Shown: piece by piece, positions 62,436-64,000 of the stretch
Numbering within the stretch: the stretch's first letter is position 1
Layout: each line of letters begins with the position of its first letter
NCBI RefSeq assembly: GCF_024521635.1
Contig: NW_026250405.1
Coordinates: 558,001-622,000 of the forward strand
Reading direction: 5' to 3'
Source: Tricharina praecox
Taxonomy: Eukaryota
DNA: 64,000 bases
The notes under the pieces: model-generated
What the model was told of the DNA's origin: nothing
Seen by the model: the letters and a program-made list of their open reading frames with translations, nothing else
Databases searched by the model: none
Translations under genes and position numbers: made by a program

Positions 62436-64000
62436 ATTCCTTTTGCTCATACACTCGCAGACTGACATCGCCCGAACTTGAGCTCCCGCTGATGCTAACT
62501 AATCATTAATGCTAACGGACTAACTCGTGGGGGTGCTAGTTAAGCACATGCGCAGTTCGACAGCGAGGTTTTGATTACCGTCGGCTCAACCTAGGACGAG
62601 TAGGTAATCCAACATCTGTATTAGAATGGACATCGACTCCGGGCAGTGTTACTATATCATACTGAGCCTTCTGGGACTTGATTAGCCTCGTCTGATACGA
62701 GATTCATGATGTACGTATTGCCTCAAGGTAGGTGCAATATCAGGCCTCATATAAACCTCGAATATAACGCGCGCATATGTAGGTACCTGAGGAAAGTACC
62801 CAGCGGGGGCCTTACTTGGACTGTCAAGGTTCGAGAATTGCATGCATCGCAGAGTGGCCTATTCTAGCTAGGAGGGCAGAAATTGCATCTACAGGGATCG
62901 AATCTTCTCGCTATGGATGAGAAATCCGAAGCCTGGATGGAGAATACGAAGTCTGGAGACACCAGGGCTTGCCACCGCCTTGAAGATGGCTTCCAGACTG
63001 GCGGATTCGATCGGGGTTACTGGCCGTTTATCCTAGATTGGAGCCCGCCACTGTTCACGTGCCCGTACAAGTTCGGAGTACCTCTGGGGGGATTGTGCCT
63101 TGCAGGGCCGCTTCCCCAGATAATGATTTCCCCGCATGGTGCAACAAACCCCAAAAGCTACGCGATGCCATCGGACCTGCAGTAATAAGACCCGAGTGTA
63201 GGGTAGGTGGTTAAGGAAAGCGCGGGGTATTTACCGCCTATCCGGGCTGCGCTTCGCTGGGTGTGTGTGTGGCTGGCTATCTCGCTTTCCCTCTCCGTCG
63301 GCGGCACCCGATCTGTGCAAGCCTTCCTGTTCCAGAGGCGTTCTCAAAGCTCTCCCGAAGCCACGGACGCTCAGTGTCTAGAGGCGCTCCTTATATACGC
63401 ACGGTGGCTGGAGTGAACGCCCATGAGAGTCCGGTGTGCGCATAGGTACTGTGTTTTGACTACGACTCCGCGAAACAGTCGTCCTCATCATCAATCTACT
63501 GGTTACTCAGTCATCTCTGTTAGGGGTGAATGAGCATGCAAGGTACCACCACGCACTGGCGCCCATCCCGGCACCGGCGAATGCAGCGACGTTGTTTAAC
63601 CGCCACCCGCCATACATATCGTTGGCGAGACGTGGGACCCATGACCAGGTCCAATTCATCCACAAACGCTAGGTAGTAGCAGTCGGAATCATAGAGTGAC
63701 CTTCCGGGTTCTAATATTCTAGGTCCCGGAGTGGCGGTGAGAACCCCCGAAACCGACGCTTTCAACCGGTACGGTCAATTTACAGGAGACTTGTCCTGGC
63801 AGATACTCTATTCGCTACCTCGGAATCGTCACCAGGAGCCGGTGTGCGGCGCCTCACCACGCCGCCCTTTACGTCGGCACGAAAGAGGCGTTTACAGTAG
63901 AGGCGAGGGAAGTACGCCGGTGAGTTCCAGATGGGTTCGTGCTCGATCGATACCCACTTCTCTGTGGAGTCTTACTGACGGAGCCTGACGATAGAGTCGG

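Noticed and set aside
1..64000. Biosynthetic or functional gene cluster; telomerase RNA
   Set aside because: No backbone enzyme and unrelated gene functions; no CTAACCCTAA-type template seen.
63480..64000. Gene at the right window edge
   Set aside because: All minus-strand frames are interrupted by stops and no family is recognisable.

Overview
Eukaryotic DNA from a filamentous ascomycete (Pezizomycotina; finer taxonomy cannot be fixed from sequence alone), shown by short GT-AG introns with CTRAC branch sites and typical fungal gene families. About 14 protein-coding genes can be reconstructed by hand: a small membrane protein, a helix-hairpin-helix DNA-glycosylase-like protein, an amidase, an STL1-like sugar porter, an F-box protein, a conserved hypothetical protein, the peroxisomal adenine nucleotide carrier (ANT1-like), a DUF3431 protein, a low-complexity hypothetical, the PalB/Rim13 calpain, an M28 aminopeptidase Y-like enzyme, a fungal Myb-like factor, an Apa2-like ATP adenylyltransferase, a stress-type SDR and an MFS transporter. 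Two long gene-poor, microsatellite-rich blocks (about 15-28 kb and 42-53 kb) separate them. No CRISPR, rRNA, tRNA or intact transposase was recognised. The most unusual items are a roughly 355-bp element bounded by a perfect 39-bp inverted repeat with outward A-rich tails (20.9-21.3 kb), a disrupted gene with an IFI6/IFI27 (ISG12)-like motif (28.3-29.0 kb), a probable GC-AG intron in palB, and a possible dual-start SDR. I did not find convincing evidence of a complete new multi-gene system.
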